Below are positions 53,425-64,000 of a DNA stretch of 64,000 nt, piece by piece. The notes below the pieces were generated by a model. The model was not told where the DNA came from and ran no database searches. It saw only the letters and a program-made list of their open reading frames with translations. Source of the stretch: Hydrolagus colliei (taxonomy: Eukaryota); NCBI GenBank assembly GCA_035084275.1, contig CM068748.1, positions 19,406,001 to 19,470,000 on the forward strand, in the 5' to 3' direction. Each line of letters starts with the position of its first letter. Position 1 is the first letter of the stretch. Made by a program: the position numbers and the translations under genes.

Positions 53425-53719
53425 AATCCACAGGCACCTGGAAATAGGTAAACATGAACCCTAATAATCTCTGCATGTGGCACCTTATCACGAAGTTGAG
53501 ACCTCTTTACAGAATATATTGCAAAGTGAATTTGAAACCTCCTCAAGACATTCTTCTTCGCCCGCGCCTTCAGTCACCCTCCCTACCCTCCTACACCACT
53601 CCTGATCCCAGTCCCCAGCTTGGGTGCAAATGCTCGACTGTCCAGCATCAGTGCATGTCCTCCCAATGTGAAAGGCACTACGCAAATCCAATTTGTTGCT
53701 GTTGGTTGACTATGATTTG

Positions 53720-54298
53720 TGGAGTCCTGTAGCTCAGTGGTTAGAGCACTCACTCGCTTTGCAAGCGAATAGACCTGTGTTCGATTCCAGGCAGGGCGAA
53801 ACCTTGGGCACGTTTCCTTACACTACATGCCAAATAATAATCCCTTAAACAAACAATAATAAATCGGTCATTTCAATCCAAGACACAAGCAGTAGGACAC
53901 TGCTGTGCACAATTGGCTGCCGTGCTTTGTCCACAAATATGCAGTCGATTCACTTCACGGTATATTCTTTGAAGCGTTTTGAGACATCTAGAAGATGTGA
54001 AAATTGCTATGTCAACTGGAAGGATTATTATCAAATTATGTATTTGTGGATGAAATTCAGCAGCCAATTGCGTACAGCAGTGGCCCACAAACAGTTGTGG
54101 ATTGAGTGACCAGATTATAATTTTTTTTGGGGTGGGATTATTACTCCCTAAAATACGACCTGCCAACCATGTTCCTACTTACTGCTACATAAACACAGTG
54201 TGTGGAGTAAGAAAACGTGCCTAAGGTTTCGCCCTGCCTGGCAATCAGACCCGGATTCTCTAACTAGCGAGTGCACTAATAACTACGCTGCAGGATTC
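53720..54298. mobile_element. Inverted pair of tRNA-head SINEs (53720-54031 +, 54040-54298 -)
   Basis: Plus copy head ggagtcctgtagctcagtgg through tail, followed immediately by a minus copy of the same family. Confidence 0.85.
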
Positions 54299-55395
54299 TA
54301 CGATCATTTGTGGACTTCTGCGTTCTTGAAACTCGAGAAGAGTTAAAACAATTGAGCCTTGATCACTGTTCCCGATCACTATCCAGTGACTAGCCCTTTT
54401 CTCCCTCTCTCTCTCTCTCTCTCTCCCCCTTTCCCCTTCCTCACATCACCTCCAGCTGAGAAACGCACACTATGTATAGAGGTCAGATGAGGACAGGATC
54501 AGACTGCGCTGAACTGGGATGCTCTCTCACTGTCAAAACAGCGTGCTTTTCTCACCGTACCGACTCACTGTGGGAGGACGTGCAGGGATAGGAAGGCACA
54601 ACGACGACAACATTACCTTTGTACAGGATAAAAGTTTTCCTTCAAACAGGAGGGGAAAATAAACCCAACTCGTCAGCCTGAGCTGAGCAATGGTCTGGCT
54701 CCATTGAACATCTCTCAATTCACGTCACTCCATCTCTCGACCCACACAGTCAAAAGCAAAGTGGTTGGGCAAACCCCCCCAATCCATCCACACCTCCCTC
54801 TCCCACTCCCTCCCTCCGTCCCTGGAAAAGAAACCTACGTTACTTCACCCAAGGAGTTAAGTACAGGTGTTCACAAAGCCTGTTACATTTGTTAGCTCTC
54901 CTGACAGAGGAATCTAAGCAGCAAGTATGTCAGATTTCTCCCCAGACGCTATCCCCACACACCCCCCCATCCCAGCCTCTCACTGACATACTGTGGGCTC
55001 TGGTTGCCAGGTCTCATTCCGAGGATGAAAATAAAGGAACCTGCTTACTGCACAAGAGCGGAGCAGCTAGAACAAGGCTCCCGGAGTCTGCTTTCAGCCA
55101 TATTCTGCTGCTGGAGAAGCATGGCTTAGCTGCATCACTTCCTGCGAATCTCCTCCCCCACACCCCCACTCTGAAAACTAAACATTTTTTGAAGTGGGGG
55201 GGAAATCTCTTTTACGCATGATCCTTTACTTCACAGAAGGTCAGATGATGCTTTGTTAGGTACTCAAAGGGGCTTCAGAACAAAATCCTTTTAAACCTCT
55301 CTCTCCCTCTCTCGTTTCCCCCCACCCCCACCACGACCTCCTGTCCAGTTGTCTTCAGTGACCTTTCCTATACTTTGAATGGCTCCTCCACTCAC

Positions 55396-55514
55396 CAGAA
55401 GCAACTGTGGCCTGCTCAGTGCAGGCTAGTCCCTGAGGCTGCTGCCAAGTGAATTGAGACAACATCTGGCAGCCAGCTGGCTTGGGACGTTCCTCCGATC
55501 CTCGCCGAAAGCCA
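55396..55514 (-). other. PALD1: Candidate 5'UTR exon of PALD1
   Basis: Strong polypyrimidine acceptor (tttctcgctttgtttcctttccccag|) and donor CTG|gtgagt in repeat-free sequence upstream of the ATG exon, which itself starts with a splice acceptor. Confidence 0.45.
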
Positions 55515-55547
55515 CTGGGGAAAGGAAACAAAGCGAGAAAGACTCAC

Positions 55548-55700
55548 TCTCTGTCCTCGCCGCTCGAGTCAGGGAGCTTGGGTCAGCATCTCTGCTTTCT
55601 GAACTTGAGGGGTTAAAAGGCAGCGAGAGGGGAGGTGGGGTTGGGGTAGGGAGACTTCAGAGGCAGCTCAGTCCAGCCTGCTGCAATGATGTGTCACTTA
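55548..55700 (-). promoter_or_regulatory. Candidate PALD1 promoter / short first exon
   Basis: Repeat-free GC-richer island; donor AGA|gtgagt at 55547; TTTTAA TATA-like element at about 55613-55618 (minus); C-rich tracts upstream on the minus strand. Confidence 0.3.
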
Positions 55701-55745
55701 CAATGGGGTGTAGGAAACCTAAACAGTATCATCAATGTTAAAATG

Positions 55746-56063
55746 TGGAGTCCTGTAATGTAGTGGTTAGAGCATACGCCTGGCAAGCGAGAGGACCCGG
55801 GTTACAAATCCTAGGCAGGGCGAAAATCTTCGGGAAGTTTTCTTACTCCACACACCTCTGTTTATCCAGCAGTAAGGAGGAACACTCTTGTTAGTTGATT
55901 GGTGGATTGATTTCCATGGTTAATAATAACCTCTATGGCTGCCTTTTTGCATTTTGCCCACAAAATAGTTAATTCACTTTACAGTGTATACTGTGAAGCG
56001 CTTTGAGATGTCTCAGTGATGTAATAAGACACTACTTCAAATGCAAAGATTATTATTATTATT
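55746..56063 (+). mobile_element. tRNA-head SINE, long form
   Basis: Head, cctctgtttatccagcagtaagg segment, tail. Confidence 0.85.
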
Positions 56064-56089
56064 AAAATTCCACACCTCTGAAACATCAA

Positions 56090-56250
56090 TAACAACTTTT
56101 AAAAGGGAATTAGATCTTTATTTAGGGAGAACAGGTCTATTAGGCTATGGGGAGCGGGCAGGGCAGTGGGATTGAATCGCTCTTTTCAAAGAGTCGGCAC
56201 AGACTAGATGGGCCGAATGGCCTCCTTTTGTGCCGTAAAATTCTATGAAT
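56090..56250 (+). mobile_element. CR1 LINE 3' end
   Basis: ggctatggggagcgggcaggg...gatgggccgaatggcctcctt...ttctatga CR1 terminal hairpin/ATTCTRTG motif. Confidence 0.85.
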
Positions 56251-57194
56251 CTCAAAATCTTAGTCTTAAGATCGTCGTCGAGGGAGAGAGAGAATATGAG
56301 CGGAACTATAGAAAACCCTTCAACTCACTCGGAATTTAGAAGCCAATTTCCTGCAATTTATAATAGTCCTTTACATTCAATAGAGTACATTTGGTCCATC
56401 ACAGGATCTACTGTAGAGTGGAGTGACTGTGTGTTTTGTGCTTGGTTCTCATAGAGGTTAAATGATGAGCGAAAGGGTGTGTGGACACAGGGGCAGGAGG
56501 GCGGAGGGAGAGGGCAAAGAGGCACCTGAAGTGAGGGAGGCAAAGCATGTTAATCAATAACCAATATGGCGCAAAAGTCAACCCATTGAGACCTGATACA
56601 CAGCTCTACACACTGCCTGCTCACACCCAAAAAACACCTAGCCCTGATTCACAGAGGAAGTACTCAACAGATAGCATCTCTTGAGATTTCCTGCTAATTT
56701 TTTGTTTTGAATTAGATTTCAACCCCACACCCCCTCATTTACCCCAAACATCTCAGCGTCCCGGAAAAAGAAAGACATCACTTTGTCACAGACAAACAAT
56801 CTCAAGCCGACTTAATTTAAATTTATTGGTTTCCCGCACAGCATGTTAACTGCACACTGGCCGCACAAACACTATAAAAAGTGTCTGATGGAAGAGGCGG
56901 CCTTGTGGGGCAAAGGTTGTCACTGTGGAAACGGCCAAGTTTCCCTTCAGATGGGGTTAAAGATAAAACTATGATTTGTTTTTGAGAGAAAGTAAAAGGC
57001 ACGCGAGCGAGAGTCCATAAAATCTTAAAGCAAGATACGAGAAAGCGAATATCTAGGTTATTTGTCCCCGTGATCCACTTTGAGCCATGGAAATGTACAG
57101 CATAGAAAAAGGCCCATTAGGCCCATTGTATCCATGCTGGTTCTTTCAAAGCGCAATGCATTCAGTCCCATTTAATTACCTGCACCTTCAAATT

Positions 57195-57525
57195 AGGGGG
57201 AGCGCTGCATTGTTGGAGGTCTCATCCTTTAATTGAGATATTAAAACGATGTCCTATCCGCCTGTTCAGATGGACGTTAATGATGCTGTGGCACTGTTCG
57301 AAGAGAGAAAGGAGTTTCTTTCTCCCAGATCTCTGGTCAACAATCCCCCCCACCCCCAATAAAATTGGTCACTCACTCCATGGCTGTTTATGAGATGTTG
57401 CTGTGCATAAATTGGCTGCCACGTTCACCCACAAAAGACACTCAGCTTTCCAGTATGTAAAGTGCTTCAAGATATCCTCCCATGAATGTTTTTCCTTACA
57501 TCAAATGTAAGGATTGTTATTAATA
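57195..57525 (+). mobile_element. Deu-domain SINE
   Basis: gcgctgcattgttggaggt...gagatattaaaacga...ctgttcagatggacgtta. Confidence 0.8.
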
Positions 57526-59347
57526 ATTTACTTATTGTAACAATATCTCCACAGCAGGGAACAATGGGGTGGACTTTTCAACACACACACACTAGAAGGG
57601 GTGCAATCATTCATATAAGACATTAAACCAAGGACTCGTCTGTCTGTTCGGGTGGCTGTTAAAAATCCTATTCAAAAAGAGATAGCAGGGAGATTTTCCC
57701 AGTGTCCTGGCTGACACTGGGACAAAAGCAGGGCAAAGCCTGCCTGGATACTCAAGGGTGGCTCATCTTTTACCTCCCGAAAGCCTCTCCACCATCTGCA
57801 AGGCTCCAGCCAAGAGCCCTATGGAATACTGACCACTCACCTTAATGAGTGGAGCTAAACAATATTTCATTCATTCGCAGGCTAGGAATAAATGCAAGTC
57901 ACAGTGAGACCACCGCCCCCCCCACCCCCCACCTGAGACACAACGGATAACGTCACCTTGGTAAAGATTCCATAGGTCCTGAAAAAGTGTTTTCCATAGA
58001 AAAACAAGATTGAATTGCACTTTGAGTGCATGTGATTGTGAAACTGAGTCATGTGCTGAGAGAGGTACAACACTTTATACACAATACACTGGAGGGGGTT
58101 GATTTCCGTTCACTTCACCGCTACTTGAGGCAAAACGCTGGAGATTAGTATTCAGATTTCTGAGCTTCTATTCAGCTATATGCTGAATGAATTTTGTGCC
58201 TTTGCAGTGAAGATTCAGAGTGTTTGGGCTCAATGGGCAAAGCAATCTTTTTGTCAATTTTCTCCACACTCGTCTGTTGAAGGAAGAGCTTTCAGTAATA
58301 ATAAATAATAATGGTTGCATTTGATATAGTGCTTTATCACATCGTCAAGTCTGCCGTGTCCTCACCTGTTCCAGGCTTCGCAACCCCCATCAACCCAGTT
58401 CTTGCAAGCCCTGGCATCACCCTACCTCTGCAATCTGCTCCCACTCCACTACCCGCAGCATTCATTCAGCTGGCGCAGATCATCAAACAACCACAAAGTC
58501 AACAAAAAAAAACTCTGGGGGATTGTCGGGCAGGAAAGCAGGCAAAACTTCCTTCTCTTGTCAAATAACACCTCAGGATCTTCAACATCCACATGAACAG
58601 GCAGACAGGATTTTGGTTTAACATCTCATCCAAAGGAGAGCACCTTTGACAATGCAGCTCCCAAACCCACGGCATCTCACAAGGTCCTCCACGACTCAAA
58701 ATTGTTTCTAGCACTTTCATGTGCTTTTCGCTGCCTGGTTTTACTCATTCTTCTCCATTCTCCTGATCTGGCAGCGTCCTGACCCAAAAGGCTATTTCAA
58801 TCAGTCACTCGGCGGTAGAAAGATGACTCAAGCGGTTGTGTTGCCAGCAGCTAATCAGCCACTTACTGACTGGGAGTGAAAAGATTCAGCGTAGAATAAT
58901 AATAATCTGTGCGTTTGGTATAGCGGGACACCACGTGAGAAAGCGCTTCACGTCATTTACTGTGTAACACAGTAACTGTGTATTTTGAGTGAGAGACCTA
59001 AGTTTGATTCCTGGCAGGGTGAATCCTAAGGCAAGTTTCTTTATTCCACTCAGCAAATAATAATCCCACAAAAAAAAAAAAAATTGGGTCACTCAATCCA
59101 CAACTGTTTGTGGGACGTTGCTGTGCGCTATTGACTGCCACTTTTGCCCACAAATATACACGTCAATTCACTTGACAGTGTATTCTGTGAGACATCTAGA
59201 AGATGGGAAAGGCTCTATATCAAATGCAAGGATTATTATTATTATTATGATTCAGACAGCAACCTAATTCCACACAGCTACGTCCAACAAAGAGCTATAG
59301 AACGAGTGATCAATATTATTTGGGGGATTGTTGGACAGGACACTGGG

Positions 59348-59510
59348 AGGTCACAGTTGAAGACCTTTCTCTTCGACCGAGCTTTTGGTCACCTTCCTGC
59401 CCCTGCCCCTGCCCCTGGCTCGGTCCCGGGATACGCAACTGTGAAGCGCTCTGAGACGTCGTCCGGCGTGGAGGGCGCTATATAAATCTAAGTTGTTGTT
59501 GTTGTTGTTG
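59348..59510 (+). mobile_element. Young L2 3' end with (GTT)n tail, inserted into a Deu-SINE
   Basis: SQLKTFLFDRAF then tgaagcgctctgagacgtcgtccggcgtggagggcgctatataaatctaagttgttgtt; near-identical tail at 5872-5937. Confidence 0.88.
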
Positions 59511-59829
59511 AGAAACTCACTTCCGTTTTTGAATAATGCCATGAGATCTTTAACATCCACCTGAACAGGCAGACAGGTCCTCGGTTTAACATCTCATCAT
59601 AAAAACACCTCTGACAATAGTGACACTGCATTGGAGTGTCATCTTTGACCAAGTGAGTTCAACTTTATAAGCGACTCGGTAGATTTTAACTAGCTTAAAC
59701 GGATCCATCATGCCCAAGATTCCAGGTTGTGTAGAGATTGTGTCATTGCATCTACTGAGTGGAGGCAGCAATTGGACCAGTCTCTTCACAATTCCCCACA
59801 TCTTCTCACAACCTCAGGCCTTGGGTGGG

Positions 59830-60270
59830 TGCCAATCTGCCTAAGTGAGTAGTGTTCTCGCCTCAGGGTCAGGAAGCTGCTGTTCAAAGGGACTTTGAGC
59901 TAACAGCCGAGGCTAATGCTCTGTAACAATATTTGGGAGGAGTTGGAAGTTTGGTGGGGGTGGGTGGGGAGAGCAAGGCACTGCATTCTCAGAGATGACT
60001 TCCTTCAAATGAGGCATTCAACCATCTGCCTGTTCTGGTGGACAATAAAAGATGGCATGATGTTATTTCAAAAGAGAAGTGAATTTCTCCCATGTCCAGG
60101 CTGACAACTAAATTATCTAATTTCATGGCTGCTTGTGGGACCCAGCTTTGTGCAAATTGGCTGCCTTGCTTGCCCATAAAACTACATATCACTGCACTTG
60201 ACATCAATTATTTTTGAAGACCACTGAGACATTTGGACATTGGAAACTTCATTGCAAGGATCAATAACAA
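59830..60270 (+). mobile_element. Deu-domain SINE
   Basis: Head remnant, Deu core and tail. Confidence 0.7.
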
Positions 60271-61029
60271 TAATTCTATTTCCACACAAACTCTGCCTCC
60301 ATTCATGTTCCTTCCGGTGCTTTGGGACATCCTCCTGACATGAAAGGCGCTCTAAAAATGTAATTTTTTTTGTTGTTTGTTTCAAAGCCCTTCAGTTAAA
60401 ATTATTGTGTGACCCTCTCTGTTGTCAGGAGTATAGCTCTTCACTACCAGCCTCTATCATAACAACTCCCATTGTTAGATCGATGACCTGTCCTCAATCA
60501 AGTTAGTTGCCCCAATGATCTTTTCCAGTGAGCAAATGAGCCATACAGACTATGTAAGGTTTACTACCCAGCCTCGATTTAACATCTTATCCTTAGTTTA
60601 GATGAGACAATAAACTGAGGGCCTATCATCTTGTTCAGGTGGACTTTCAAGTTCCCAAAACACTATTAGAAAAGAGAAGGGAGTTTCTCGATGTCCTAGC
60701 CAACAAACCCTCAAATAAAATTGGTCATTCGCTTCATGGCTATTTGCAAGACACTGCTGTGCACACCTGGATGCCGAGTTTCACCCACAAAATCCACGTT
60801 ACAGTATATCCTGTGAGGCGCACTGAGACATCTCAATAAAGTGATAGGGACATACATGAAAATGCAAGGATTATTATTAATAATACATTTGCTATTATAT
60901 ACGTAGGGAGAAAAAAACTCTGTCATGATTTCCCCTCCTGTTCACTCACGCACTTCATTCCTCCAGTGGAAAGTGCACTTGCGGATGCCTGGCAATGACA
61001 GCACAAGGACAGCACTGCATTCACAGTGG

Positions 61030-61800
61030 CAGAGCCTGAAACCGAGCCAGACGGAAGGGGAAGGTGACCTCAGGGTGGTCGAAGAGGAAGGTGTTCAGGT
61101 GCAACCTGAAGTTGGAGAAGGAGAGGGTGAAGTGAAGGGGTTGAGGAAAGGAGTTCCATAGTGGAGGAGGGGAGACCGATGAGGTGGGCGCTACTAGACC
61201 AGCCGAGACTTGACCAAGGCATGGACAAGGGTTTTGGCAGTTTTCGGGGTTGAGATATTGTTGGAGACAGGCAATGTGGCGGAGATAGAAGAAAGGAGTG
61301 CTGGTCAGGGACCGGATATGGGGGAGGAAGGATAACTGGGGATCGAACCTGGCGTAAGCTGCTCATGGGTTCGGAGAGTTTTAAGGACAGGTCAGGTAGG
61401 TTGAAGAGGTTGGAACCATGGGAAAGAAGACATCGACGGGTGCCAAAGAGTAGTACTTCTCTCTTGTTGACATTTAGCTGCAGGAAATTTGTGCTCATCA
61501 TGCTCTTGATGTCCAACAGACAAGCTGACAAAACATCAGGGTACTGGGGGGAAAATCACATCTGGAGGCGGAAAGTGGAGTTGAGTGTCATCCTCATACA
61601 TTTGGAAGTTAACCCCATGTCTGCGGATGACATCACCGAGAGGGAGCATGTAGATGAGGAAGAGAAGGCGGCCAAGGATGGATCTTTGGGGTATCCCGGT
61701 CACCTGCGACAGAGAAGTCCAAGAGATCGAAGAGGCAGAGTGAGCCCCGGTCACAGCTACAGAGGACACCATTTGTCACATGTTTGTCAACAGCAGTCGT
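61030..61800 (-). mobile_element. LINE2 (L2) ORF2 reverse-transcriptase fragment, degenerate
   Basis: [41 protein letters not shown] (decayed GVPQGS...YADD) and ACLLDIKSMMSTNFLQLNVNK. Confidence 0.92.
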
Positions 61801-62711
61801 ATGTGAAGGTGCTCAACAATTTCAAAGTGAAACTGCAGTAAAAAGGGGAAAGAAACAGAACAGGGAGAGGGGAAGAAAATCGACGGGGAGAAATATCCAG
61901 ATGGAGGAAGCCGGGTTTTTGACACATTGAAGCTTAAGCATTTCCAAACCAGACGGAGAATCCCATGTCCAGCACGTACAGATGAAACGTCCTGTGTCTG
62001 GAATGGAACGCAATGGAATGGCTCTCTCCCTGGAGGGACCCACCCCCCCCTGCTTACTTAATTCCAGAGAGTGTTAGCAGTGATTGGCAAACCCTTGGCA
62101 CCCCAGAGAGAGCATTTACCACAGAGAAACTGCTGGATTTCAACCTGCCAAAAGCCGTGGAGAGGAAGGGAGGGAGAGAGAAAAAAAAGTATCAGTACAA
62201 ATTGCCTGAAACCAGCCTCACAAGTGGAGGCCTTGTGGTGTTCTGAATAGGAAAGACGGTCACACCACAGAGGGAGCTCAGCTTCCTCCGGTTAATGAGC
62301 TGCTGCTCAATGCATCCTGCAGCTGTGAAGCTGTTTCCACGCCTTAACTAGATTTACCCCCTTTTGTTTCCCACAAGCTCCAGAGGACGCCAGGTGCTTA
62401 TCGTCCTCACCTCTGACCCCCGCAGGGAAGAGCCGTTTATTATTATTGTATTATTATAAGAGCAGTGAGGAGCGCCCTCCGTTAACTGTGGTGAGTGAAG
62501 CAAGTGGGCTTTTCAACACATGGGTCATCGCATGGGATCCCTCACACACCGAGCCCTCCCAGTACGCAACCCCCACCCCCCCCCTCCGCCCCCACTGCCG
62601 CCACACGCACAGACCCTTCCTCAGATACTAAGCTCCCCCCCCCAGTGCACAGTCCTCCCTGGCACTTAGCCCTCTATGCTGACAGACTGAGGAGAACCTT
62701 GCCATGTAGGT

Positions 62712-63175
62712 AATAATCCTTGCATTTGACATAGTACCTAACTTACACCCATTGAGACGTCCCAAAGCGCTTCATAGCAATTATTGTAAAGTGGAGCAGC
62801 TAATCACATTTTTGATACATCTCAAGAAAGTTTCACAGAATATGCTGCAAAGTGTAGTGACTGTGTATTTTGTGGGCGAAATGCAGCAACCAGTTGTGCA
62901 AAGCATTGTTCCACAAACAACCATGGAGTGAGTGACCAATTTCATTTGGGGGCCAGGACACTGGGAGAGAGAAACTCCCTTCTCTTTGCTGATTCATCCA
63001 CCTGAACAGGCTTAATGTCTCATCCGAAGAACGCCACCTCCAACAATGCAATACCCTTCTAGCGCTACATTTGAGTGTCGTCTTAGACTATATGATTCCA
63101 AGTCCCAACTGGAGGTTAAACCCACAGCATCTGACTGAAGGCAAGAGTGCTACCATTACTCCAGGCTGACATTTC
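62712..63175 (-). mobile_element. Deu-domain SINE (with adjacent extra tail)
   Basis: aatgtctcatccgaagaacgccacctccaacaatgca; head aaacccacagcatctgactgaaggcaagagtgctacca. Confidence 0.8.
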
Positions 63176-63419
63176 TGCCAGATGGGTAAGGTTTGGCTCT
63201 ACATGGCAAAGGCTCCCTCCCACCTCCTGTTTGTATTTTAAGTGCAAACAATTGTGGTTAAATCAGAAGTTGTGCAATGCTGATAGCATTACTACCAATA
63301 GTACATACTACTAGCAATAATGATTGTAATACAGTACTAATAGTAATAATGGGTGAAAATGAGCTTGAAGTGCAACGAAAAACAAACCAGCGCAAAGTTG
63401 CGCAGGATTTAATACAGAA

Positions 63420-63605
63420 ATATCAGGAGAGAGGCTAGTGAGAAATGTATTCACTCAGGGATTGTCCTAAGGGTTTGGAATTAATTCCCACAAAAGTGGT
63501 TATTGAAGTCTGATCATTAGCATTGTTCAAAGCGGAACTGGATAAGCAGCTGAGCCATAACTATATTAAGGGATGTTGGGAGGGAGACGGAAATTGAGAT
63601 TAATT
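63420..63605 (+). mobile_element. CR1 LINE 3' fragment
   Basis: gagaaatgtattcactcaggga...tggaatt...ttcaaagcggaactggataag. Confidence 0.65.
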
Positions 63606-63789
63606 AAAAAAAAGGAAAATTTGAGAAACAGGTGACAGTGAGCCAGATACTGTGTGACAGTGTAATACTGTAAATATAAATTCCCAAACACCGCTATTCA
63701 CTTTTACATCAATAATAATAATCCTTATATTTGCTCCAATACCTTTCACGGTAAAATGCAAGTGATTGGGTGTTTTGTGAGCGAAAAAA

Positions 63790-64000
63790 CTTGATGTGTG
63801 AAGGCACTAGCGCGAGCCAATCTGGGAGGCTCTCGGTCTTGTTTACTTTCAACTGCAGAAAGTTAGCTCTCGTCCAGGATATGATGTCTGTCAGGACAGC
63901 AGTGGTCCTAGAATCTAGGGTAGAGGCAGAAAGATAGAATTGGGTGTCATCCGCATATATGTGGAAGTTGACCCCATGTCTGCAGATAATGTTGCCAAGC
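63790..64000 (-). mobile_element. L2 RT fragment running off the window end
   Basis: Minus strand reads LGNIICRHGVNFHIYADDTQFYL. Confidence 0.88.

Noticed and set aside
4560-63175. Recurring ~30-40 bp motif (atcaaatgcaaggattattatt) as a CRISPR-like array
   Set aside because: Irregularly dispersed, in both orientations and divergent; these are SINE 3' tails in eukaryotic DNA with no cas genes
56500-64000. NODAL or another neighbouring gene upstream of PALD1
   Set aside because: No TGF-beta-like or other coding exons recognised in this interval

Overview
Vertebrate genomic DNA, very probably a cartilaginous fish. A holocephalan such as Callorhinchus is inferred from the Deu-domain/tRNA SINE, L2 and CR1 content, the compact introns and the lack of recognisable HE1 V-SINEs. 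The main feature is the paladin gene (PALD1, CX5R phosphatase-domain protein) on the minus strand. I traced 17 coding exons from the ATG at 53424 to 29268, all with GT-AG boundaries and matching phases (2307 nt, 769 codons). The C-terminal coding exons were not found, so positions 1-29267 appear to belong to one very long intron. Candidate 5' non-coding exon and promoter sequence lies at about 55400-55700. The left end (1-~3351) is a CpG-rich hAT (ZBED1/Ac-like) transposon with a frameshifted, internally deleted BED-finger transposase. The rest is dense with two SINE families sharing a 3' module, L2 and CR1 fragments, two copies of a TA-target MITE and an unclassified ~300-bp repeat. No prokaryote-type system (CRISPR, operon) is present, and I cannot support a wholly new biological system. 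The best leads are regulatory motifs in the long intron, the young hAT element, modular SINE architecture and two templated-insertion signatures.
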